From: Thermoanaerobaculia bacterium
GTDB lineage: Bacteria; Acidobacteriota; Thermoanaerobaculia; Gp7-AA8
Direction: 5' to 3'
DNA: 64,000 nt
Assembly: GCA_036522835.1 (NCBI GenBank)
Contig: DATDFB010000057.1
Coordinates: forward strand, 3,906-67,905
Shown here: one piece after another, positions 45,357 through 53,984 of the stretch
Layout of the letters: the number at the start of each line of letters is the position of its first letter
Position numbering within the stretch: position 1 is the stretch's first letter
Position numbers and translations under genes: made by a program
Notes under the pieces: generated by a model
Databases searched by the model: none
What the model was told of the DNA's origin: nothing
Seen by the model: the letters and a program-made list of their open reading frames with translations, nothing else

Positions 45357-46810
45357 AGAGCGGAAAAGTCTTTCTCACCGGCGCCGGCCCGGGCGATCCG
45401 GGGCTCCTGACGACGCTCGCCGCGCAGTTGATCGCGACGGCCGATCTCATCGCCACCGACGCGCTGGTCTCGCGCGAGATCGTGGCGCTCTTTCCGAAAA
45501 CGGCGCAGGTCGTCTACGTCGGCAAACGCGCCAGCGCGCACACGCTGCCGCAGGACCAGATCAATCAGCTCCTCATCGACGAGGCGAAGAAGGGGAAGCG
45601 CGTCGTGCGGCTCAAGGGCGGCGATCCGTTCGTCTTCGGCCGCGGCGGGGAGGAGGCGGAGGAGCTCGCCGCCGCCGGCGTGGAGTTCGAGATCGTCCCC
45701 GGCATCTCCTCGGCGATCGCCGGCCCCGCCTACGCCGGCATTCCGGTCACGCACCGCGCCCACGCCACGTCGGTGACGCTCGTGACCGGCCACGAATCGG
45801 AAGAGTCGACGGGAATCCAATGGGCCGCGCTCGCGCAGCTCAACGGCACGATCGTCTTCATGATGGGTCTCGCCAATCTGCCGCTCATCGCGCGCAAGCT
45901 GCGCGAGCACGGCGTTCCCGGCACGCGCCGCGCCGCGGTGATCTCGCACGCTACGCGTCCCGAGCAGCGCACCGTGGCCGGCACGCTCGACGACATCGAG
46001 TCGCGCGCGGCGGAGGCGAAGATCGAGCCGCCGGCGCTCATCGTGGTGGGCGAGGTCGTGCAGCTCCACGACACGATCGATTGGTTCGAGTCGAAGCCGC
46101 TCTTCGGCCGCCGCGTCGTCGTCACGCGCGCCCGCGAGCAAGCCTCGGATCTGAAGCGCCTCTTCGAGGAGAGCGGCGCGCAGGTCGTGCAGTTTCCGAC
46201 GATCGAGATCGTGCCGCCGGAGTCGTGGGATTCGCTCGACCGCGCCGTCGACGAGGCGTGGGACTGGCTGATCTTCACCTCGACGAACGGCGTGGGCGCC
46301 TTCTTCGAGCGCCTCTTCGCCCGCGGCAAAGACGTGCGGGCGATTGCGCCGAAGATCGCCGCCGTCGGCGAGGCTACGGCCGCGTCGCTGCGCGCGCGCG
46401 GCATCGCGCCCGACGTCGTTCCCGACAAGTTCCTGTCCTCCGCCCTGATTCCGTTGCTGCCCGAGAATCCCGGCCGCACGGCGATCGTCCGCGCGCAGGA
46501 AGGGCGCGACGATCTCCTCGACGCGCTGCGCGGGCGCGGCGCCGAGGTGCATCTGGCGGTGGCGTACCGCAACGTTCCAGTCGTGCACGACAAGGACGAG
46601 CTTCACGACATCGACGTCGTCACGTTCACCAGCGCCTCGACCGTCGACAACTTCTTCGCCAGCGGCGGCAACGCCAACGGCGCGCTCGTGGCCTCGATCG
46701 GCCCGATCACCAGCGAGGCGATCCGGAAGCACGGGCGCGCCGTCGACGTCGAGGCGCCGGCGGCGACGATTCAGGCGCTGCACGACGCGGTGGTGGCGCG
46801 GCTGCGCTAG
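45353..46810 (+). CDS. cobA: bifunctional uroporphyrinogen-III C-methyltransferase / uroporphyrinogen-III synthase (CobA-HemD fusion)
   Basis: GTGA overlap with hemC. N-terminal CobA/SUMT motifs VFLTGAGPGDPGLLT, RLKGGDPFVFGRGGEE. C-terminal ~230 aa HemD-like. Confidence 0.85.
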   Translation: MKSGKVFLTGAGPGDPGLLTTLAAQLIATADLIATDALVSREIVALFPKTAQVVYVGKRASAHTLPQDQINQLLIDEAKKGKRVVRLKGGDPFVFGRGGEEAEELAAAGVEFEIVPGISSAIAGPAYAGIPVTHRAHATSVTLVTGHESEESTGIQWAALAQLNGTIVFMMGLANLPLIARKLREHGVPGTRRAAVISHATRPEQRTVAGTLDDIESRAAEAKIEPPALIVVGEVVQLHDTIDWFESKPLFGRRVVVTRAREQASDLKRLFEESGAQVVQFPTIEIVPPESWDSLDRAVDEAWDWLIFTSTNGVGAFFERLFARGKDVRAIAPKIAAVGEATAASLRARGIAPDVVPDKFLSSALIPLLPENPGRTAIVRAQEGRDDLLDALRGRGAEVHLAVAYRNVPVVHDKDELHDIDVVTFTSASTVDNFFASGGNANGALVASIGPITSEAIRKHGRAVDVEAPAATIQALHDAVVARLR

Positions 46811-47062
46811 CGCCTCGTCAGCCGCAGTACGGCGGGCACTCGCCAGAGGTTGCGCAGCAGCAACAGACCGCGCAGTGAATGTGCTGATGCTCGCACGTAA
46901 ATCGTCACCGTTGTAGTGCGACTCGCACTCGCTCCGTCCCGGTCTCGTTCCAGGTGCCGAACGCGAAGGCAAAACCGGCGCGCCCGTTCAACTTCGCCAA
47001 GGACGGCCGGCGACGCATGGACACATCAGCGGCGCGGCCGCCTGCGCGGTTGGCGGTGTGGC

Positions 47063-50000
47063 ATGCCATACGAATGCCAGTCAGGCTTGGACGCCGCCGC
47101 CCTCAGCTACACTCCGCGCGTGCCGCGCGTCCTCAAAGCCTCGCTCTGGCTGGCCGCCTTCTTTTTCGCCTGCGGTATTTTCCTCGGCACGACGCAACTG
47201 CTTCGGGCCGTGCCGCCGACGCCGCACGTGGCCGTGGGGCGGGTGACGGTCGAGAACGCGTCGAAGCTGCGCGAGTACCTCACGGCGCTCCTCTTTTTCG
47301 TCCTCGTCCCGCCGCTGACGATCGGCCTCTATCGGCTCGGCTCCCGGCAGCTCGAGCGGTTTCCCGGCACCCTTCCCTCGGCACTCTTCGTCGCGCCATT
47401 TTTCCTCGCGCCGTTCCTTTATCTGACGACGTTCAAGTGGGGCTGGCCGCTCATCATCCCGCTCGCGGCGTCGCAGCTCGGCCCGCGCGCGCTGCTGCTC
47501 TTCCGGCGCACGCGCTGGCTGCGACAGCTCCTGGCGATGAAAGCGTTCAACGCCCTCATCGCCGCCGAGGCGCTGGCGTGGATCCTCTTCTTCTACATCG
47601 GCACGTGGCACCGCATCGCCCACATCGCCACGCTCTTTCTCGAGATCGTCTTCGTCGGCTTCTTCATCGCCCTCTTCTGGTGCGCCTTCGCCCTGATCGC
47701 GCGGATCGCCTCGTTCACCGGCGGCATCGACATCGAGGTCGCGTTCCAGAGAGTCGCCGCCGGCGCGCTGCCGCTGATCATCCTGCCGGCGCTCGGCCTT
47801 CGCTTCGTCCCGGCGCACATCGCCATCTCCACGGTCATGGCCGTGACGTTCGCGACGATCGCGATGGTTCTGCAAGGCAAGGAGCCGGTCGATGCGAGGC
47901 GCGTCCGCAACGTCACCGCGTACGTCATCTTCCCGCTCCTCCTCTATTGCGTCAGCTACGCCTCGACCGCGGCGCTCTCGCAGTGGATCGACCTCTTCCA
48001 CCGCGGCGAGTCGCTCGGCCCAGCCTTCGACTACCTCCGCGGCAAAGTCCCGTACCGCGACGTCTTCGTCCTGCACGGCCTGCTCGAGGACGGCCAGCTC
48101 GACGCCTGGCTCTTCCAGCTCTTCGGCCGCAATGCCGGCATCGCCCTGGCGCGGCCCGTGATCCTAGGCTCGTTCGCCGTGCCGGCGCTCTGGTACGTCG
48201 GCATGGCCATCTTCGACTCGATCCCGCTCGCGGCGCTGGTGATGCTCCTCGGGGCCGTGACAACGGTCGACAACGAGCGCGAGTTGTGGGAGATCCTCGT
48301 CCTGGCGCTGCTCCTCGGCGCGCTGCGGCGGAAATCGAAAATGCTCTATGTCCTCAGCGGCGTCGCCGCCGGCGTCACGCTCTTCTTCAGCTTCGACATC
48401 GGCCTCTACTCGATCGCCGGCGGCTTGATCGTTTGTGGAGTGCGGTGGCCACGCCACCGCTCTGACAGCGGCGGCATGGCCGCCGCACTCCAGATCTTCG
48501 GCATCGCGATCGGCACCGCACCGTTCATCGCATATCTGGCGAGCAAAGGTGCCGTTAAAGCCTTCTTCGAAACCTCCTTCGTCACGATCCCGCGAATCAT
48601 CGACGCCGTCTGGTCGCTCCCCTTTCCCGACCTCACCTCCACGTTCCGCAGCAAGAATCTCAACCTCCACACACTCTCCGACTTTTTCCTCTACGAGCAC
48701 TTCCGCTACATCCTCAATCCGCTCGTCATCTGCCTGGCCATTCTGGTGCTGCTGTGGCGGCGCAAGCGGTGGGAGTGGATCGACACCGCCCTCTTCGCGC
48801 TCACGATCTTCGCCGTCCTCACCCAGCGCAGCGCGTTGGGCCGCGCCGACTTCCCGCATCAATACTTCTCCGCGTTTCTCATCGGCCCGATGATCCTCAT
48901 CCTCCTCGTGCTTCTCGCGCGGGCGGGGCAGTGGTCGGTGGCGCTGCTCGTGCCGCTGCTCGCCGTCGTGCTGTGGGTGCCGGACATCGCCAACGGCCGC
49001 ATCGACGACACCTGCCACTACCAGGGCCGCGTCAGCGGCACCATTCGCGACCCGAAGGCGGAGGAGGTGCGCAACCGCATCGACGCCGTGCGCTACTGGG
49101 TCTGGCAGCACAGCAAGCCGAATCAGCCGATCTTCGACTTCTCGAACCAGCCGGCGCTCTACTTCTTCTGCGAGCGGCCGAATCCGACGCGCTTCTACCA
49201 GGTGCCGATCCTCTCGCCGCCGGCGCTGCAGCGCGAGACGATTCTGGCGCTCGAGCGCGCGAAGCCGCCCGTCGTCATCCGGCGCTCGCCGCAGGAGTTC
49301 GACGTCTTCGACGGCATCGACAACGCCATCCGCGCGCAGGCCGTGGCCGCGTATCTCGACGACTTCTACGTCTTCGCCCACACCACGCGCGGCGTCGAGG
49401 TGTGGGTGCGCAAGGCGCCGGCGCCGCAGCTCAATCTCGCCGGTTACATGCGCCGCTACCGCATCCCCACGCTCGAGGAGCTCGGCACGATCGGCGGGCG
49501 CTCGCGCGTCGTCTTCCCGACCGTCGGCACCGTGCCGGGCGTCGGCGGTGCGTACTGGCGCTCCGATTTGATGCTGCACAACCCGTGGAAGGAGACGATC
49601 TCGCTCGACCTCCGTTACGTCGCCGGCGACGTCCGCGCGCACCGCAACGTCATCCTAGGCGCCGGGCAGAGCATCGTCTGGCCCGACGTCGTACGCACGT
49701 TCTTCGGCGCGCCGGAGAGCCGCGGGGTGCTGTGGATCGAGTACCGCGGCACGAACGCGCCCGTCGCGCGGGTGAAGACGTCCGATGTCGCGCACGAGGC
49801 GAAGGCGACGATCGACGCGCCGCTGACGCTCGCCGGCTCCGCGACGGCCGGGACGCCGAGCGACGACCTGACGATTTTCGGCCTCCCCTCGACGAAGGAC
49901 CGGCGGATCAACATCGGCATCGTGAACGTCGGCGCGATTCCGGCCACGTTCCGCATCACGGCGCGCTCGCGCACCGGGCAGCCGATCGGCAGGCCGATCG

Positions 50001-50188
50001 AGGAAGGGCTGGCCGAGGACGAGTCGTACACGCTGACCGACCTCGAGTCGCAGTTGCGCGCGCGGCTCGATGAGACGACGAGCGTGCACGTCGGCGTCGT
50101 GGCCGGGACGTGCATCGCCTACGCGACGGTCGTCGACATCAACGGCGACACGCAGTTCATCGCCGCGCTGCCGTCGCAGCAGCCATGA
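47063..50188 (+). CDS. large polytopic membrane protein (~1041 aa) with C-terminal extracytoplasmic beta-rich domain; function unknown
   Basis: At least 12 TM helices in the first ~650 aa. Soluble C-terminal ~400 aa. Start at first plausible ATG (47063); a downstream GTG is an alternative. Contains an in-frame family-B repeat. Confidence 0.5.
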   Translation: MPYECQSGLDAAALSYTPRVPRVLKASLWLAAFFFACGIFLGTTQLLRAVPPTPHVAVGRVTVENASKLREYLTALLFFVLVPPLTIGLYRLGSRQLERFPGTLPSALFVAPFFLAPFLYLTTFKWGWPLIIPLAASQLGPRALLLFRRTRWLRQLLAMKAFNALIAAEALAWILFFYIGTWHRIAHIATLFLEIVFVGFFIALFWCAFALIARIASFTGGIDIEVAFQRVAAGALPLIILPALGLRFVPAHIAISTVMAVTFATIAMVLQGKEPVDARRVRNVTAYVIFPLLLYCVSYASTAALSQWIDLFHRGESLGPAFDYLRGKVPYRDVFVLHGLLEDGQLDAWLFQLFGRNAGIALARPVILGSFAVPALWYVGMAIFDSIPLAALVMLLGAVTTVDNERELWEILVLALLLGALRRKSKMLYVLSGVAAGVTLFFSFDIGLYSIAGGLIVCGVRWPRHRSDSGGMAAALQIFGIAIGTAPFIAYLASKGAVKAFFETSFVTIPRIIDAVWSLPFPDLTSTFRSKNLNLHTLSDFFLYEHFRYILNPLVICLAILVLLWRRKRWEWIDTALFALTIFAVLTQRSALGRADFPHQYFSAFLIGPMILILLVLLARAGQWSVALLVPLLAVVLWVPDIANGRIDDTCHYQGRVSGTIRDPKAEEVRNRIDAVRYWVWQHSKPNQPIFDFSNQPALYFFCERPNPTRFYQVPILSPPALQRETILALERAKPPVVIRRSPQEFDVFDGIDNAIRAQAVAAYLDDFYVFAHTTRGVEVWVRKAPAPQLNLAGYMRRYRIPTLEELGTIGGRSRVVFPTVGTVPGVGGAYWRSDLMLHNPWKETISLDLRYVAGDVRAHRNVILGAGQSIVWPDVVRTFFGAPESRGVLWIEYRGTNAPVARVKTSDVAHEAKATIDAPLTLAGSATAGTPSDDLTIFGLPSTKDRRINIGIVNVGAIPATFRITARSRTGQPIGRPIEEGLAEDESYTLTDLESQLRARLDETTSVHVGVVAGTCIAYATVVDINGDTQFIAALPSQQP
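48433..48493. repeat. Palindromic repeat family B, full two-arm copy in-frame inside the large membrane-protein gene
   Basis: tgtggagtgcggtggccacgccaccgct...agcggcggcatggccgccgcactccaga, encoding CGVRWPRHRSDSGGMAAALQ. Confidence 0.8.
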
Positions 50189-50736
50189 TCGAGCTCGCGT
50201 TGCCCTGGGGCGATCGCGCCATCGCCATCCGCGACGTCGACGATCCGGAATCGTGGCTGCGCGGAGACGAGCTCGCGGTCGCGCGCGCCTTCCCGCGCGA
50301 GAAGCGCAGACAGGAGTGGATGCTCGCCCGCGCCGCTGCGAAAGTGCTCGCGCGCCGCCGCGGCCTCGGCGACATCGCCGTCGAGCGCCCGCTCGTGTCG
50401 GTCTCGCACTCAGGCCCGTGGGCCGCGGCGGCGATCGACACGATGCCGGTCGGCATCGACATCGAAGTCGTGCGCGACGTCAGCGAGCGCGCCGCGCGGC
50501 ACTTCCTTACCGAGGAGCAGATCGCGCAGATGGAGTCATGCACGATTCCGCATCGCCTGCTGCACTTCTGGTGCGCAAAGGAGGCGGCATGGAAGCGGCT
50601 GTGCGGCTCGATTCCGTTTCTGAAAGGCGTCCCGCTGACGCTTCTGGAGTGCGGCGGCCATGCCGCCGCTTTCGATTCCGTGGAGACGATCGAGCTCGGC
50701 GGCGTCGTCGTCGCCCTCACGCGCCCCACTTCTTGA
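50185..50736 (+). CDS. 4'-phosphopantetheinyl transferase (Sfp/EntD type)
   Basis: ATGA overlap with the upstream membrane-protein gene. GIDIE and FWCAKEAAWK PPTase motifs. In-frame family-B repeat arm near the C-terminus. Confidence 0.7.
   Translation: MIELALPWGDRAIAIRDVDDPESWLRGDELAVARAFPREKRRQEWMLARAAAKVLARRRGLGDIAVERPLVSVSHSGPWAAAAIDTMPVGIDIEVVRDVSERAARHFLTEEQIAQMESCTIPHRLLHFWCAKEAAWKRLCGSIPFLKGVPLTLLECGGHAAAFDSVETIELGGVVVALTRPTS
50644..50670. repeat. Palindromic repeat family B, single-arm copy in-frame inside the PPTase gene
   Basis: ctggagtgcggcggccatgccgccgct, encoding LECGGHAAA. Confidence 0.75.
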
Positions 50737-51571
50737 GCAGCGCCCGCGCGTCGTCCACCGCCGCGGCGTTCTCCACCTCGAACTCCGGCGGGTTCGGCGC
50801 GGCGATGGTCTCCTTCAGCATCTGCACCGCCTGCGGCCCAGTGTGGCTGTCGTTGCTCACCATCGCCTCCGCCAGGAACACCTTCGTGATCTTGTTCGTC
50901 GGGTCGACTTTCAGCGACTCGTTGAGAAACCGCACCGCCTCCTTCGACGACGCCCAGCCGGTGAGGAAGGGGATGCGCGGCGTCTGATCGTGCAGGCGGC
51001 CCAGGACGCGCTGGGGAGAGCCGCCGTCCATCCGCGGATCGACGAGCATCGCGATCGTCGCCTCCCGTTTGATGCGGTCGGCGGCGCCCTCGCGCGCGGC
51101 GGCCATCTTGCCGTAGGCAAGCGCCCACTCGCCCCAGTTGATCGCGTCCCAGAGGAACGTTTCGCCGGCGCCGGGGATGGTGCGCGCGACGTCGGCGACG
51201 CGCTTCTCCGTCGCCTTCGCCACCGAGGTCACGCCTTTCGCTTTCAGCAGATTGTCGACAACGGCGAGCGCGCCTTCGCCGGCCTTCTTCGCGTCACCGT
51301 AAATTTTCTTCTTCTCGTCGTTCGACGCGGCGACGTACGCGCCCTTGAAGCGGTACGCGCGCAGCAGCTTCCAGCGCGCCTCGACGTCGTTCGGGCTCGC
51401 GGCGACGGCGCGCTGGTACGCGGCGATGGCGGCATCGATCTGCGCCGCCTTGGCCCTCCCGCCCACGTGCCCCTCGGCGCGCGCATTCCAATGCTGGTCG
51501 CCCTCCGCAACCTGCGCCAGCGCGGCGACGGGCATCGTGAGAGCGAGGAGCGCGATGAAGATGTTTCGCAT
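50717..51571 (-). CDS. hypothetical secreted alpha-helical protein
   Basis: Signal peptide MRNIFIALLALTMPVAALAQ. 284 aa. The ORF-track upstream extension is an artifact running into a repeat. Confidence 0.5.
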   Translation of the reverse strand: MRNIFIALLALTMPVAALAQVAEGDQHWNARAEGHVGGRAKAAQIDAAIAAYQRAVAASPNDVEARWKLLRAYRFKGAYVAASNDEKKKIYGDAKKAGEGALAVVDNLLKAKGVTSVAKATEKRVADVARTIPGAGETFLWDAINWGEWALAYGKMAAAREGAADRIKREATIAMLVDPRMDGGSPQRVLGRLHDQTPRIPFLTGWASSKEAVRFLNESLKVDPTNKITKVFLAEAMVSNDSHTGPQAVQMLKETIAAPNPPEFEVENAAAVDDARALLKKWGA

Positions 51572-51612
51572 ACGTGCGATTTTATGGCACACCGCTTGAA
51601 CCGGCTTCAGCC

Positions 51613-51915
51613 ATGCGCAGCATTGTTTGTCTCGCCGCCGTCCTCGCACTCGCGGCTTGCCGCGGCGAGAAGATTCCGCGCGACTACCAGAACAACCCGC
51701 CGGCGATGACGCACCCGGTGACGAAGTCGTCCGATACGCCGACCGCGCACGGCATGCCCGGCCCGGCGCCGGAGCCGAGCAAGGGCGCCGAGGGGAAGAA
51801 CGTGAGCCGGCAGCCGACGTCGCCGACCTCGACAACGTACACCCTCGGCGATCAGGCGCCGACGCAGACGACCAGCACCTCCGCGACGGGGACGCAGTTG
51901 AAGGTGAAGCCATAA
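51613..51915 (+). CDS. small low-complexity lipoprotein
   Basis: MRSIVCLAAVLALAAC lipobox, followed by a Pro/Thr/Ser-rich tail. Confidence 0.4.
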   Translation: MRSIVCLAAVLALAACRGEKIPRDYQNNPPAMTHPVTKSSDTPTAHGMPGPAPEPSKGAEGKNVSRQPTSPTSTTYTLGDQAPTQTTSTSATGTQLKVKP

Positions 51916-51980
51916 TGCGGAGTGCGGCGGCCATGCCGCCGCTGTAACAGCGCCGGCATGGCCGGCGCACTCCACATGCG
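51916..51980. repeat. Palindromic repeat family B, full copy; its right terminus contains the fmt start codon
   Basis: tgcggagtgcggcggccatgccgccgctgtaacagcgccggcatggccggcgcactccacATGcg. Confidence 0.8.
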
Positions 51981-52836
51981 CCTGCTTTTTTTCGGAACCC
52001 CGCAATTCGCCGTGCCGACACTCGAGGCCATCGCGCGCGAGCACGAGGTCGTGCTCGTCGTCGCGCAGCCCGACAAGCCCGCGGGCCGCGGCATGCATCT
52101 GCAGGCTCCCGCGGTGGTCGTGCGCGCGCGCGAGCTTGGGCTGCCGGTGGCGCAGCCGCCGAAGATCCGCGACTTCGCGCCGCCCGCGGCCGAGGCGGCG
52201 ATCGTCGTCGCGTACGGAAAGATCCTGCCGGCGGCGCTGCTCGCCACGATGCCGTTCTACAACGTGCACGCGTCGCTGCTGCCGAAGTACCGCGGCGCGG
52301 CGCCGATCCAGCGTTCCATCGAGCACGGCGAAGCGGAAACGGGCGTGACGATCATGCGCATCGACGAGCAGCTCGATCATGGGCCGACGCTGCTGGCTGC
52401 GTCGACGGCAATCGACCCCGATGAGCATTCGCCGGGGCTCGGCTCCCGGCTTTCGGCTCTCGGCGCGGATTTGATGCGGCGGGTGCTGCGCGAGCGGCCG
52501 GCCGAGGTCGAGCAGGACCACGCGCGGGCCACGCTCGCGCCGAAGATCGACAAGGAGGAGGGACTCGTCGACTGGAGCGCCCCGGCGCGGGCGATCTACG
52601 ACAAGTTCCGCGCCTTCGATCCATGGCCCGGGATTTTCACGGACACGATGAAGTTGATCGACGTCGCGCCGGCTTCCGGCCAGGGCGCGCCGGAAAGCAT
52701 CCTCGCCATCGACGACGGCGTCGTCGTCGCTTGCGGCGAGGGCGCGCTGCGCGTGCGCACGATCCAGCGCGCGGGAAAGCCGCGCGTGAACGCCGCCGAC
52801 GTGGCGCGCGCGGAACGCTGGCGCGTCTTCCCATGA
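51976..52836 (+). CDS. fmt: methionyl-tRNA formyltransferase
   Basis: MRLLFFGTPQFAVPTLEAI...NVHASLLPKYRGAAPIQRSI canonical Fmt. Confidence 0.9.
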   Translation: MRLLFFGTPQFAVPTLEAIAREHEVVLVVAQPDKPAGRGMHLQAPAVVVRARELGLPVAQPPKIRDFAPPAAEAAIVVAYGKILPAALLATMPFYNVHASLLPKYRGAAPIQRSIEHGEAETGVTIMRIDEQLDHGPTLLAASTAIDPDEHSPGLGSRLSALGADLMRRVLRERPAEVEQDHARATLAPKIDKEEGLVDWSAPARAIYDKFRAFDPWPGIFTDTMKLIDVAPASGQGAPESILAIDDGVVVACGEGALRVRTIQRAGKPRVNAADVARAERWRVFP

Positions 52837-53984
52837 ACGAGCGCCAGCGCGCGCTGCACCTCCTCCGCCGCATCGAGCGCGAGCAGGCGTTTGCCGCGCC
52901 GCTTCTGGCCCAGGAATCCGGCTTCGTCCGCACGCTCGTCCTCGGCGTGCTGCGCTGGCGCTCGCGTCTCGACTTCGCCGTGTCGGCACACGCGAAACGA
53001 AAAATCGACGATCAAGTCCTCGATGTCCTCCGCCTCGGCGCGTACCAACTGCTCTTCATGGACATCGCCAAGTACGCCGCCGTCGCGGAGACAGTGGAGC
53101 TCGCGCCAAAGCATGCGCGCGGCTTCGTCAACGCGATGCTGCGGCGCGTGACGGACGTCGAGCCCAAAGATCTCGCCACCCGCACCGCCCACCCCCCCTG
53201 GCTGATCGCGCGCTGGGTGCGCCACTACGGCGAGGAGCGCGCCGCGCGCATCGCCGCCGCGAATCAGGAGCTGTCGTATCCGGACGTGATCGCGAACGAG
53301 CCGCCGCCCGAGGCCACGCCGTCCGAGCTCGTCCCCGGCATGTGGAAGCTGCATGGATCCTCCGCCGACGTCGAAGGCATCGTTCTCGACGAAGGAAGCG
53401 CGGTCATCGGCGACCTCGCCGCGGCGACGTCAAACGACATTCTCGACCTCGCCGCCGCGCCGGGCGGGAAGAGCATCGTCGCGGCGCTGCGCGGGGCGCA
53501 TGTGGTGAGCAACGATGTCTCGATTGGACGGCTGCTCGGCGGGCGCATGCTATGCGCCCCTACCGGTAGGGGCGCACGGCGTGCGCCCCTCGTTGTCTCC
53601 GACGCGCGGCAACCGCCGTTCCGAAGAACGTTCGACACCGTCCTCCTCGATGCGCCGTGCAGTGCCACCGGCACGATCCGCAAGAATCCGGAGCTGAAGT
53701 GGCGTCTGCGCGAGGAGGACCTGCCGTCGTTCGCGAAACTGCAGCGCGAGATGCTGGAAAGCGCCGTGCGCCTCGCAAAACGCTACGTCGTCTACTCCAC
53801 CTGCTCTCTCGAGCCCGAAGAAAACGACGAAGTCGTGAACGGATTCGAACGGGAAGACGCGGCGGGCTTCGTCAACGATAACGTCCGCCGCTGGGTCGAA
53901 GACGGCGTGCTCCGCCTCACGCCCGAGTCGGGCGCGGACGGCTTCACCGCGTTTGTGCTAAGAATTCCGCCCCATGCCGCGTGA
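52833..53984 (+). CDS. rsmB: 16S rRNA (cytosine-C5)-methyltransferase RsmB/Sun family, with in-frame repeat insertion
   Basis: ATGA overlap with fmt. NusB-like N-terminus. ILDLAAAPGGKS SAM motif, DAPCSATG catalytic motif. Family-C repeat encodes MLCAPTGRGARRAPL between the motifs. Confidence 0.82.
   Translation: MNERQRALHLLRRIEREQAFAAPLLAQESGFVRTLVLGVLRWRSRLDFAVSAHAKRKIDDQVLDVLRLGAYQLLFMDIAKYAAVAETVELAPKHARGFVNAMLRRVTDVEPKDLATRTAHPPWLIARWVRHYGEERAARIAAANQELSYPDVIANEPPPEATPSELVPGMWKLHGSSADVEGIVLDEGSAVIGDLAAATSNDILDLAAAPGGKSIVAALRGAHVVSNDVSIGRLLGGRMLCAPTGRGARRAPLVVSDARQPPFRRTFDTVLLDAPCSATGTIRKNPELKWRLREEDLPSFAKLQREMLESAVRLAKRYVVYSTCSLEPEENDEVVNGFEREDAAGFVNDNVRRWVEDGVLRLTPESGADGFTAFVLRIPPHAA
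53546..53593. repeat. Palindromic repeat family C copy in-frame inside rsmB
   Basis: gcatgctatgcgcccctaccggtaggggcgcacggcgtgcgcccctcg. Confidence 0.78.
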
